From positions 24,547-88,546 of the forward strand of contig SUUM01000004.1 in NCBI GenBank assembly GCA_015062525.1: a stretch of DNA of 64,000 nucleotides, written 5' to 3'. The notes below the pieces were generated by a model that did no database searches, was not told where the DNA came from, and worked only from the letters and a program-made list of their open reading frames with translations. Shown piece by piece: positions 9,627 to 18,415 of the stretch. Positions within the stretch are counted from its first letter, which is position 1; each line of letters begins with the position of its first letter. The position numbers and the translations under genes were made by a program. The stretch comes from Alphaproteobacteria bacterium. Lineage in GTDB: Bacteria; Pseudomonadota; Alphaproteobacteria; Rs-D84.

Positions 9627-12263
9627 TTAATCTACTCCCTCTGGCAAATTCACGTATACACCGCTACCATCACCATCATCAACACAATAACGGAAGCCAT
9701 CACTCCCTTTTTGCACCGTCATCCCAAGTGCACAGACCTGATTAAAATCTGAAAACGAACGTGCTGTACACCAATTATTCTCGGTCGGTTTTTTTGTGAA
9801 ATCAGACCACAACTCTACCCCACTTGTAGTACAACTAGCATCCGCAGCCGCAACCTGTAAACCCTGGTCATCTATCATCGTTGCCGGCAACACCGCAACA
9901 CACTTGGACGATTTTCCCCACTTACTGCGACGTGCACCATTTTCCCAACACAAACACGCACCCCACGACTGGGTCGCAACCCCCAAACTATAATCACGCG
10001 GGCACATATCTTCACCATTTCCAATTCCATATAACGAAACCAACGTATTAGAACCATGTTCACGTATGTCATACCGGGAATCAGTAAAATTCGCCAAACA
10101 CAAATTATTCTCATTATACGCGCCATCATCAAAGAACTGATACTCCATAAATCGTCCCTGCAGATTCGCGCACTGGATGGACAGCATCGATATAATCTGA
10201 TTATAAACCTCGGTCGCGACACCGGTCGGGCGCATATTCCTATGTTCCAGCGCATAGCGATCATTCTCGTCTGCATTTTCAGCCACAAGCCCATATCTGA
10301 CATAGGCGGTATTATTATTATCCGTATTCACGCCACCCCTTGGGACTGCAAACGAAAATCCCACACTATTTTGCAGAACATTCTCTACCTCTGCCACATC
10401 AAACCCACCAAAGGCTTGCTTCATCATACTTTCACTACTGCATGCAGTAATATTTGCCAATTGTTTCGCGCATTCGGATTTAAGAACTTCTACTCTTTGC
10501 CCATTTTCATCATACTTAACCTCATACAAAGCAAACCAATCTGGCGCACTTCCTGAATTTGCTGGGAACAAACCGCTGTACGGGTAATAGAAATTTTCAT
10601 AATTATTCCCACCATATTTATCAAAGCATTGCTTTACAACCGCACGACACGCCGTCAATGTATCTGTGTTTTTAATATTATCCACATATTGTGCAATAAT
10701 ATTACCATCAAACATATTATTACATGACTCCACATAGTCCGAACACATTTGACTATTCAGCACAACTTTATCTGGCTGCAACACAATACTACTATCCCCC
10801 GCCAATTCCGCCATAGCTGTGGTTATTGCCTTATTTCCATTCATATAACAATTGGCCACATAATCCAAGCATCCTTGTTTAATTTCCGAAACCTTTGCTT
10901 TCTGGGCATAATAAATAGACAACATTGCCTTGTCTAAATATTCGGCCCAAACGGTATCTGCGTTTTCCACACACTTATCCAGCGCATCTTGCGCAAATTT
11001 TTTAACCCTGTTTTCAAAATTTTGGACGAATGCCCGATTAGACGAATTTTTAGATAATTTTTGATCAACCGCTTCAACCCCATCGCTGAACACCAGCATT
11101 TGTTCCAATTTATAGAAATCTTCCACTCCAACAATCGGCTTACCGGTTGAAATATCGATATATTGTCCATTATCTAAACACTTATGATAATCTGCACCGC
11201 ACACCTGTTCGCTTAATATCGCCGCTTCCACTTCGTTAATACAGGTTGTAATATCAGACGAATTATGTTTCTGACGATTTTCCACACGCGCCAAATCCAG
11301 CATTGCGCTACCCTCGCGCACAGCGGCCTTCATCTGCTTTTGTGTTTTTTCAACTGCCGCCTGCACTGTATTACAGTCTTGTTCAATTGCCATTAAATAC
11401 GCTGTAATCGCCCGTTGCAACGACGCATCGTTACAATCCGCCCGCACAGCATCACGACATTGGGGATAAACGGCACTATACAGCGCATTACCATTATACG
11501 CGGCGATTGCCTGTCCAGCGTCCACCATCCCAAATGCATTAACCGTATCAAAAGAAATATTAACACTGTTTAAATCTGAATATTTACCACCCACAGATGT
11601 ATCTTCGCCACGAATAGAATTCATAATTGCCTGCAACAACGCCTTGGATGCAGAATTATCATCAGTCAGGGCATTTTCGCCTTCGGTCTGGGTACGCATT
11701 GCCGTTGCCTGAGCGGCGGTCATCCCCACCACATCCAAAGATTCTGTGAACACAGTCAACTTTTCCCCCGCCTGTTCCAGAACGCCACGCACTTCGTCCA
11801 ATTCAAACACACGGTCATTACACGAACAACGGCGATAATTATCATTTTTCAGCATACAAAATTGGTCCATACACGAAAAGTATGTATTTTTACATTGTTC
11901 ATATTCCGCACCGGTCCGCGTAGATGACATTGCCCCCACCGCATCATTTCCCGCGCGCGCAACAATCGGCGTCATATTGCGTGAATTACTGATATTTTTT
12001 GCCACCCGTGTGGTCAAAGAACGAGTGTTTATTCCATTACGTGAAACCGTTGCCCGACTTTTACTAGAATCTGTTGTTGCCCGCGCTGATAAAACAGATG
12101 TACGCGGTTCGCTGCGTTTTACAACCGTGGCGGTTCGTGCCTGGGTCTGGGCCACACTTTTATCTAATTTTGCACGCGAAACCGCCGTTCCATCACGAAC
12201 GGCCGCATTTGCGACACCGACGCAAACCAGCAGATTTGCAAGAAAAACCAGAACTCTCTTCAT
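9627..12263 (-). CDS. large secreted Cys-rich protein, paralog A (unknown function)
   Basis: Signal peptide MKRVLVFLANLLVCVGVANA; T/R/A/S-rich low-complexity segment then a Cys-rich domain homologous to 27766..30762; ORF extends to 12323 but start 12263 gives the signal peptide. Confidence 0.6.
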   Translation of the reverse strand: MKRVLVFLANLLVCVGVANAAVRDGTAVSRAKLDKSVAQTQARTATVVKRSEPRTSVLSARATTDSSKSRATVSRNGINTRSLTTRVAKNISNSRNMTPIVARAGNDAVGAMSSTRTGAEYEQCKNTYFSCMDQFCMLKNDNYRRCSCNDRVFELDEVRGVLEQAGEKLTVFTESLDVVGMTAAQATAMRTQTEGENALTDDNSASKALLQAIMNSIRGEDTSVGGKYSDLNSVNISFDTVNAFGMVDAGQAIAAYNGNALYSAVYPQCRDAVRADCNDASLQRAITAYLMAIEQDCNTVQAAVEKTQKQMKAAVREGSAMLDLARVENRQKHNSSDITTCINEVEAAILSEQVCGADYHKCLDNGQYIDISTGKPIVGVEDFYKLEQMLVFSDGVEAVDQKLSKNSSNRAFVQNFENRVKKFAQDALDKCVENADTVWAEYLDKAMLSIYYAQKAKVSEIKQGCLDYVANCYMNGNKAITTAMAELAGDSSIVLQPDKVVLNSQMCSDYVESCNNMFDGNIIAQYVDNIKNTDTLTACRAVVKQCFDKYGGNNYENFYYPYSGLFPANSGSAPDWFALYEVKYDENGQRVEVLKSECAKQLANITACSSESMMKQAFGGFDVAEVENVLQNSVGFSFAVPRGGVNTDNNNTAYVRYGLVAENADENDRYALEHRNMRPTGVATEVYNQIISMLSIQCANLQGRFMEYQFFDDGAYNENNLCLANFTDSRYDIREHGSNTLVSLYGIGNGEDMCPRDYSLGVATQSWGACLCWENGARRSKWGKSSKCVAVLPATMIDDQGLQVAAADASCTTSGVELWSDFTKKPTENNWCTARSFSDFNQVCALGMTVQKGSDGFRYCVDDGDGSGVYVNLPEGVD

Positions 12264-12382
12264 CTCTGATGAAAAGTCTAGCAAATTTGCCAATTCCCGT
12301 GCAAGCGAATAATACCAAGACATAAAAAACCTATTTTTCTTGTTGCAAAGATTTGAAAATTAATATATTATACCTGTCGCCT

Positions 12383-12469
12383 GCGGATATGGCGGAATTG
12401 GTAGACGCGCTAGTTTCAGGTACTAGTGGTAGCAATACCTTGGAAGTTCGAGTCTTCTTATCCGCACCA
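12383..12469 (+). tRNA. tRNA-Leu (anticodon CAG), type II with long variable arm
   Basis: Manual cloverleaf: acceptor GCGGATA/TATCCGC, anticodon stem CTAGT/ACTAG, loop TTCAGGT, encoded CCA. Confidence 0.8.
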
Positions 12470-12474
12470 GTTCT

Positions 12475-12550
12475 GGGGTTGTAGCTCAGTTGATAGAGCG
12501 CTACGTTCGCATCGTAGAGGTCGTGGGTTTGAGTCCCATCAGCTCCACCA
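12475..12550 (+). tRNA. tRNA-Ala (anticodon CGC)
   Basis: 76 nt; G3:U70 identity pair, loop TTCGCAT, T-loop TTTGAGT, encoded CCA. Confidence 0.8.
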
Positions 12551-12582
12551 AATTTACTTATCGGCTTTGCCGATTAGGAAAT

Positions 12583-12650
12583 TTGAGTGTCTCGGCGGTG
12601 CTTGCACCGACGGACGGAAAGAACTCAAATTGGAACAAACATATTCGATG
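12583..12650. repeat. hairpin element GTCTCGGCGGTGCTTGCACCGACGGAC (single copy of the 27365 tandem-repeat core)
   Basis: Same ~45-bp motif, including flanking aaatttgagt, as the 52-bp tandem units at 27365-27714. Confidence 0.7.
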
Positions 12651-12681
12651 CCGCGAATTGCGGCATTATTAAAAAGTCTTC

Positions 12682-12768
12682 GGGGATATGGCGGAATGGT
12701 AGACGCTGAGGACTTAAAATCCTTTGGTCATTGCGACCGTGTGGGTTCAAGTCCCACTATCCCCACCA
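12682..12768 (+). tRNA. tRNA-Leu (anticodon TAA), type II
   Basis: Acceptor GGGGATA/TATCCCC, loop CTTAAAA, long variable arm, encoded CCA. Confidence 0.8.
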
Positions 12769-12801
12769 CACATTCGCCCAACAAATGGCGATTTTTTATT
12801 T

Positions 12802-12878
12802 GGATGTGTAGCTCAGTTGGTTAGAGCGCTTCGTTCACATCGAAGAGGTCGTTGGTTCGAGTCCAATCACATCCACCA
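12802..12878 (+). tRNA. tRNA-Val (anticodon CAC)
   Basis: 77 nt; anticodon stem CTTCG/CGAAG, loop TTCACAT, T-loop TTCGAGT, CCA. Confidence 0.8.
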
Positions 12879-12892
12879 CAAATTAAACATCT

Positions 12893-13010
12893 CGCCATCC
12901 GGCGGGATTTTTTAGTGGCTAGTGTAAGTGCATCCGTCTGTGCACAGCACAGCCGAGATAAAAAGAGCAAAGAGCAATTAATGTATCTTTACCGCGATGA
13001 ATAAAAGTTT
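12893..13010. repeat. repeat element arm (inverted partner of 13437..13530)
   Basis: agtgtaagtgcatccgtctgtgcacagcacagccgagataaaaagagcaaagagcaattaatgtatctttac is the reverse complement of 13441..13510. Confidence 0.75.
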
Positions 13011-13128
13011 AACAGAGATATTAATTTTTAGAAATTAAGCACCATTACCTGCCCCCGTCGGGCCCCGAAAAATTCAGATGAATTTTTTGGGTGACTTTGT
13101 GGGGCGGGACAGTTTTACTTGACCCGCC

Positions 13129-13314
13129 ATGCGGGGCTTTAGTAAAACTTGGGTGGGGGCAAATATGACAAAACATTCAACACAAGTTATTCGCGCAAAA
13201 CAATTACGCAAAAATATGTCAGACGCAGAAAGCAAATTCTGGTATCGAATTAATCGCAATCAACTAGGTGTAAAATTTCGCCGCAATAACAAAGCCACTT
13301 ACTTCGATAAATAA
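13129..13314 (+). pseudogene. truncated DUF559-like (endonuclease-domain) gene fragment
   Basis: 61 aa matching the N-terminal DUF559 pattern (LRKNMSDAESKFWYRINRNQLGVKFRR) but lacking the C-terminal half; ORF ends at the repeat element at 13312. Confidence 0.4.
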
Positions 13315-13530
13315 AAGTTTAGTGGTTAGTGCAAGTGGTTAGTGGTTAGTGGATGTGTGCGGCGAATGCCGCACATTATAGTGCCATCACTTACCACTTA
13401 CACTAACCACTTATCACTAAGATAAACTTTTATTTAGCGCAGTAAAGATACATTAATTGCTCTTTTTATCTCGGCTGTGCTGTGCACAGACGGATGCACT
13501 TACACTAATCACTAAAAAATCCCCGCTTGG
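13312..13530. repeat. palindromic repeat element (ttagtggttagtg family) plus inverted partner arm
   Basis: Near-identical to 6714..6846; the second half is the reverse complement of 12893..12960; ends in an A-tract/hairpin/T-tract terminator-like module also seen at 23843..23907. Confidence 0.8.
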
Positions 13531-13671
13531 TTGCACCCGCGCAAACGAATGTTTGTGTGGGTGGAATCCAGGGTGTTTTTTTACAAAAAAAAATGTGTGC
13601 TGACACATGTACAAAAACAACAATTTTTTCATACAAAAAACACAAGTAATATCAATATATTAATCCGTGTA

Positions 13672-13699
13672 AAAACTATAAAACAAACCAACGTTTGTT
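13672..13699. promoter_or_regulatory. hix/gix-like 28-bp palindromic site, left copy: TATAAAACAAACC-AA-CGTTTGTTTTATA
   Basis: 13+2+13 architecture with an AA central dinucleotide; A-rich...CC | GG...T-rich half-sites reminiscent of Hin hix sites; the partner site at 13764 has the inverted core. Confidence 0.45.
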
Positions 13700-13763
13700 T
13701 TATACCATTTTGTCAAACAAAAAAATAGCAGATTTCCGCCATTTTTGCAAGCGCAAATCAACT
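13700..13763 (-). promoter_or_regulatory. putative invertible promoter segment: TTGCAA-N17-TGC-TATTTT on the minus strand
   Basis: -35 TTGCAA, 17-bp spacer and extended -10 TGcTATTTT read leftward, away from the Gly-rich operon, in the present orientation. Confidence 0.35.
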
Positions 13764-13791
13764 ATAAAACAAACGTTGGTTTGTTTTATAG
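13764..13791. promoter_or_regulatory. hix/gix-like 28-bp palindromic site, right copy, inverted core: TATAAAACAAACG-TT-GGTTTGTTTTATA
   Basis: Exact reverse complement of the left copy, so the two sites form inverted repeats. Confidence 0.45.
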
Positions 13792-13808
13792 TCTAAATGG
13801 GGGGATTT

Positions 13809-14816
13809 ATGCCGGCAATACATGTTAATAATGTTGATATTCAGGTGTATGAACAGCAGTATACATCACCCACCCTGCACGTGCAAAATACCGACGGAAA
13901 AATATACCATGCAATTGTTATACCCCAGGGGGGCGAATTTCTTGATGCCTCGGAAAAACTGGTATATTCCGCGGATTCAATCAACGAATGCGAACCGGTC
14001 ACATTGGATGCGGGAATGTATCGCGTGGAATTGCGTGGTGGCGCGGGTGGAAAACAATCGCGGTGTAATGTCGGTTTGGGTACAATAAACCCGGTTGCCA
14101 ATACGGTATCCCAGGTTTTTAAATTACCCACACAAACAACCGTATATGCATTTCGTGGTGGCGATGGTAATGACAGTCCCACGGTGACGGTTCATCAGAT
14201 TCCGGGTGGTGGCGCATCGGGTGTGGACAGCATGCTGGTGGTGGGTGACCATGCAATTGTTGGTATCGGCGCACCATCGTCACAGTGTTTTAATTTAGCT
14301 ATTACATCATACCCATACCCCCATGGGGGCACAACAACACGCTTTCAGTGCCAATCCACACCATCTGGAACATATGCCATAGAAAACATTGAAATAGGAC
14401 AAGCTGTAGGTGGTACTTATTTTGGCTGTGGTGGGGGTGGCGGGGGTGCCCCAAATGGTATTGGTGGTACATCGGTTTCATACACAAACGTTAAAATAAC
14501 CGCCGGCACCAATGCGACATCTGATGGGGGTGGGAATGGTGGTGATGCGGAAAATTTAACGGGGGATTCACAAACAAAAAATCTGGGGATTGGTGGCATT
14601 GGTGGCAAAAACGTATATTGGCAATGTGCCGGTCACACGGCGGTATCGTATGGTGGGGGCGGCGGCGGCGCCACATGCATGTTGTACAACCCAAATACGT
14701 GCGCCAGCACAACAAATGCATGGTGTTATTCCGATTGCGCCGATGGTGGCGACGGTGCATCGGGCAGTACCGGCAAATCAGACACCAGTTACGTTAAAAT
14801 TTATAAAATAGGATAA
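13809..14816 (+). CDS. Gly-rich protein, paralog 1 (fibre-like, unknown function)
   Basis: GGGGGG RBS then ATG at 13809; Gly-rich blocks (GGGGGGAPNGIGG, GGGNGGD); ~35% identical to the next gene; no signal peptide. Confidence 0.6.
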   Translation: MPAIHVNNVDIQVYEQQYTSPTLHVQNTDGKIYHAIVIPQGGEFLDASEKLVYSADSINECEPVTLDAGMYRVELRGGAGGKQSRCNVGLGTINPVANTVSQVFKLPTQTTVYAFRGGDGNDSPTVTVHQIPGGGASGVDSMLVVGDHAIVGIGAPSSQCFNLAITSYPYPHGGTTTRFQCQSTPSGTYAIENIEIGQAVGGTYFGCGGGGGGAPNGIGGTSVSYTNVKITAGTNATSDGGGNGGDAENLTGDSQTKNLGIGGIGGKNVYWQCAGHTAVSYGGGGGGATCMLYNPNTCASTTNAWCYSDCADGGDGASGSTGKSDTSYVKIYKIG

Positions 14817-14821
14817 TCATA

Positions 14822-15793
14822 ATGTTATTACCGTTGGCATTATTATCGGCATTATATTTTAAAACATCGGATGGTAATATTTATCATACCATTGATAAAA
14901 TACCGGATGGCATGTGCATACTAAACAATAACGGCGCGGAATTGGTGTACGAAGCAAGCAATTTTAACACCTGTAACGAAATTGTATTACAACCCGGATG
15001 TTATCGTGCGGAACTACGTGGCGGAATTGGCTTACAAAATGAATATTGTTTATCCATTGCCGAACAGGATTTTACCCCCACCATATCCGCAATATTCAGT
15101 ATAAACGAACCAACCACGGTATATGTATTCCGTGGTGGCGATGGTAACCCAGGTGGGGTAAATGTTATAAATAACAGAACTGGTGCATTCGGTGGCGGTG
15201 CATCGGGCGTGGACAGCATATTGGTTGTTGGCGACCGTGTATGGCGTGCATCGGGTGGCGCGGGTAAAACGTGTGTAGCCACAAGATATCATCTGAATGG
15301 CGCTACCAGCTCTAGCTCAGTTTCTGTTGGAAATGGTATTGGTGGGGGCGCAACGTCAAAAATCAGCACTCAATCTCGTTTATATTTACAACAAATATCA
15401 GCACTACGCTTCGAGGTATACGGCATTGGCGGTGGTGGTGGCGCGTCACCAAATGGCGCCGGCGGTACAGATTGGCAATTCCACAGTGCTTTTATCAATG
15501 CGGATGAATATGTAAATGCCGGCACCAATGGCACAGATGAACGTGGTGGTAACGGTGGTGATATTTATTCGTGTAATAACCCATCCTGTACATCCATGGT
15601 ATCCGCCACGGGGGGCACGGGTGGCGCAACCGTTACATATGAATGTGGTGGCCAAACCGCAAAATCATATGGTGGTGGTGGCGGTGGCGGGGCATACAAT
15701 GGAAGCAACTCAACCGCCGCCAACGGCGGTAATGGCGGTTCCGGTTCAACCGGCACCAGCGACACATCATTTGTACGAATTTATCGCATATAA
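14822..15793 (+). CDS. Gly-rich protein, paralog 2
   Basis: AGGA RBS; shares VY.FRGGDGN, GGGASGVDS.LVVGD and TG.SDTS.V.IY.I motifs with paralog 1; tandem arrangement. Confidence 0.6.
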   Translation: MLLPLALLSALYFKTSDGNIYHTIDKIPDGMCILNNNGAELVYEASNFNTCNEIVLQPGCYRAELRGGIGLQNEYCLSIAEQDFTPTISAIFSINEPTTVYVFRGGDGNPGGVNVINNRTGAFGGGASGVDSILVVGDRVWRASGGAGKTCVATRYHLNGATSSSSVSVGNGIGGGATSKISTQSRLYLQQISALRFEVYGIGGGGGASPNGAGGTDWQFHSAFINADEYVNAGTNGTDERGGNGGDIYSCNNPSCTSMVSATGGTGGATVTYECGGQTAKSYGGGGGGGAYNGSNSTAANGGNGGSGSTGTSDTSFVRIYRI

Positions 15794-15809
15794 ATTATTT
15801 ATATCAAAT

Positions 15810-16412
15810 TTATTCCCACCCCTGACGTTTTACAAACTGTGATACAGTCGCGGGATAAACCCCCATTATCTTGGATATTTGATATTTACTGACCCCCATA
15901 TCCAATAAATCTTTCACCAGTTTTGTATTTCTGGCCAGGCCCAATTTCCTTGAACGTGTCGCCATCGGTCGCCCCAGTCTTTTGCCCGTGGCACGAATAC
16001 TGTCCAACGACGCCTTGGTTCGTTGCGATATCAGGTTGCGTTCAATCTCGGCCGATAAACCAAATGCAAATGCCATTACCTTGGACTGAATATCATTTCC
16101 CAAACGATAACTTTCCTTGATGGTCCAAACCTGACAATTTTTATTCATACAAAATTCCAAAATTTTCATAATCTCTAGTACCGAACGCCCCAGACGCGAT
16201 ATCTCGGCGGCAATTAAAATATCACCATCATGCAACCCATTTAACAATAACCATAAACGTCTTTTCGATAATGGTTCACGCGATGATATTTTTTCTTGTA
16301 TCCACCGTTCGACCTTTATATGATTTTGCCTTGAAAATTTATTTATCTCGAAATATTGATGTTCGCACGTTTGTTTATTCGATGACACACGAATATAGCC
16401 GATAATCGCCAT
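15810..16412 (-). CDS. serine recombinase, Hin/Gin/Cin-type DNA invertase (resolvase family)
   Basis: 200 aa; N-terminal catalytic motif IGYIRVSS with the Ser nucleophile; C-terminal HTH (GVSKYQISKIMGVYPATVSQFVKRQG); size typical of small invertases. Confidence 0.8.
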   Translation of the reverse strand: MAIIGYIRVSSNKQTCEHQYFEINKFSRQNHIKVERWIQEKISSREPLSKRRLWLLLNGLHDGDILIAAEISRLGRSVLEIMKILEFCMNKNCQVWTIKESYRLGNDIQSKVMAFAFGLSAEIERNLISQRTKASLDSIRATGKRLGRPMATRSRKLGLARNTKLVKDLLDMGVSKYQISKIMGVYPATVSQFVKRQGWE

Positions 16413-16547
16413 TTTTTGAACCTTTTGATTTAAAATTTATTTTTCAATTTCTTTTACATAATACAAAAGTACAAATTCAATGAATTTTCTGCTTCCATTA
16501 AATATGAAAATTTATTATTATTAACACAGGAAGGAAGAGACAAAGGC

Positions 16548-16883
16548 ATGAGAAAAATTTCATATATCGTTTTTGCGTGTGTATTGTATATCCCATTTGC
16601 AAATGCAAAAATTGCAAGTCAAGAGTATGTTACAACTCATACTAGTAATCACACAAACCCGCATCAGGTCACCAAGGCTCAAGTTGGCCTTGGGAATGTA
16701 CCAAACGTTGACACAACAAATGCGGCTAATATTACTACGGGCACACTTGGGTATGACCGCCTGCCGGTTGGAACGACAGCAAACACCGTTGCCGCCGGAA
16801 ACGATGCCAGGTTTTACGCAATACCAACCGCACAACCAACCGTCAACGCCCCAGAAGGCATGGCGTTGGTATGGTTCAATTAA
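16548..16883 (+). CDS. small secreted protein with a phage tail-fibre-like motif (KAQVGLGNVPNVDT)
   Basis: Strong RBS GGAAGGAAGAG; signal-peptide-like N-terminus; motif resembles the conserved VGLGNVDNTSD block of coliphage tail fibres (from memory, not searched). Confidence 0.45.
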   Translation: MRKISYIVFACVLYIPFANAKIASQEYVTTHTSNHTNPHQVTKAQVGLGNVPNVDTTNAANITTGTLGYDRLPVGTTANTVAAGNDARFYAIPTAQPTVNAPEGMALVWFN

Positions 16884-16892
16884 AAATCGTAC

Positions 16893-16930
16893 TATACACC
16901 ACATAAAAAAACCGCCATACGGCGGTTTTT
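16893..16930. terminator. bidirectional intrinsic terminator
   Basis: AAAAAAACCGCCATACGGCGGTTTTTTTTAT between convergent genes. Confidence 0.75.
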
Positions 16931-16931
16931 T

Positions 16932-17678
16932 TTATTTTAAATAAAATGTTATTGTTGCAACAACACGCACTTTCTTGTTAATCGCCTGACGTTCATTGGA
17001 TGACCAACTGTCGGTTGGATCGCGCGATTCGATACTGAATACACCCTGGTTAGCACTTTTAATTTTGCCCAAACGCGCATCCGCATCCTTGGCGAACTGT
17101 TCACCGGCCGCCGTTGCGTTCTTGGTCGCCTGCTCTATCATAGAAATTTTAATATCGTTCAATCTATTAAAGATATAAATCGGTCCCGCATAATCTTCGG
17201 TAATTGTAATACCACGACGCACCAATTCCCCCATTCTGCGCGACACACTGTCCACCAGCGCAACATTGTGCGACCGCACCATAACCCCCGTTTCAATAAC
17301 ATAACGACCGTCGTTTTGTTGATTCTTTAATTCCGAATCGGTGTACCCCGCGTATTTATCACGTACCTGAACACGCAAGTTCTGAATATCATCGGGCGCA
17401 AAACCCGCATCTATCAAAAACGTATTAATTTCGGTTATATCGTTATCAATGCGCTGTTGCAGTTCCGCCAAATCACCCCCAACACCATTGATTTTAATAT
17501 TCCAAACGGCGGTATCGGCCACAACATCACGTTCGGCCAACCCCTTGACCGTCACCGTTCGTCCCGACATCGCGCGATAAATTCCATCACCAATAAAATA
17601 CCCCCCCAGCGCAATTCCAATCGCCAGCACCACCAGCCAAACACCAGACATAGACTTTAATTTCTGTGTAATTTTCAT
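16932..17678 (-). CDS. SIMPL-domain (DUF541, BP26/YggE-like) periplasmic protein
   Basis: N-terminal TM/signal anchor; ~250 aa with a SIMPL-like pattern; family assignment from recollection. Confidence 0.5.
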   Translation of the reverse strand: MKITQKLKSMSGVWLVVLAIGIALGGYFIGDGIYRAMSGRTVTVKGLAERDVVADTAVWNIKINGVGGDLAELQQRIDNDITEINTFLIDAGFAPDDIQNLRVQVRDKYAGYTDSELKNQQNDGRYVIETGVMVRSHNVALVDSVSRRMGELVRRGITITEDYAGPIYIFNRLNDIKISMIEQATKNATAAGEQFAKDADARLGKIKSANQGVFSIESRDPTDSWSSNERQAINKKVRVVATITFYLK

Positions 17679-17734
17679 GATAACTCCCCCTTTATCACCC
17701 TATAATGTAATATAAAATATGCCCCAGGTCAAAA

Positions 17735-18415
17735 CTATTTATTGCGAACAATTTCCCCAATCACGAAATTCGCCATAATCAATCCAAATGTTCCCGTTAT
17801 CGTTATCACAGACCCCAGGTTTTTTGCATGCCCCATAACCGGTGCAGGCGATTCGGTCGAAAAAACGGCGGGAAAATCTGGCATCGCCGCCCCACGCACC
17901 AATCGCCGCACACGTGCCGCCAATGGACAAACACTTGTTTTTGATATCGGCGCAATTTTGATGTGCGTTGGGTCCGTCTTGGACGCCGCCCCCATACTGG
18001 TAATCAGCGGCACATTATGCACATGTGCCCACCTGTACAACGCGACCTTGGATTCCACGCAATCAATCGCATCAATCACAAAGTCCGGCACAATATCCAC
18101 ATCTGTATTTTCATCCCAACGCAGATTCAGCGCATCAACCACAATATCTGGGTTTATATCATGAATGCGTGCGGTGGCAACATCAACCTTTGCCACCCCA
18201 ACGGTCGATGTCAGCGCAAACAACTGCCGATTTATATTTGATTCTTCGACCACATCAAAGTCCACAACCACTAAATGCCCAACACCGCTGCGCGCCAGGG
18301 CCTCAATCGCAAACGAACCAACCGCACCGCAACCAACAACCATAACCGTTGATTTTTTCAGTTTTTCAACCCCCACATCCCCAAACAATAAACGCGTTCT
18401 GTGTAATCTATCCAT
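17735..18415 (-). CDS. tcdA: tRNA threonylcarbamoyladenosine dehydratase TcdA/CsdL (ThiF/MoeB E1-like)
   Basis: VVGCGAVGSFAIEALARSGVGHLVVVDFDVVEESNINRQ: Rossmann GxGxxG plus the E1-like motif characteristic of TcdA. Confidence 0.7.
   Translation of the reverse strand: MDRLHRTRLLFGDVGVEKLKKSTVMVVGCGAVGSFAIEALARSGVGHLVVVDFDVVEESNINRQLFALTSTVGVAKVDVATARIHDINPDIVVDALNLRWDENTDVDIVPDFVIDAIDCVESKVALYRWAHVHNVPLITSMGAASKTDPTHIKIAPISKTSVCPLAARVRRLVRGAAMPDFPAVFSTESPAPVMGHAKNLGSVITITGTFGLIMANFVIGEIVRNK

Noticed and set aside
12263-12323. Longer N-terminal extension (MSWYYSLARELANL...) of Cys-rich paralog A
   Set aside because: The start at 12263 gives a canonical signal peptide that matches paralog B, whereas the extension has no RBS and no counterpart in the paralog.
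12426-12915. ORF-track ORFs overlapping the tRNA cluster
   Set aside because: They coincide with four well-formed tRNA genes and have no RBS, so they are spurious.
13672-13791. The two 28-bp palindromes as simple intrinsic terminators
   Set aside because: The stems are entirely AT-rich with no downstream T-tract, and the two copies are exact reverse complements with an asymmetric core, which fits recombination or operator sites better. The terminator alternative is noted but is less likely.
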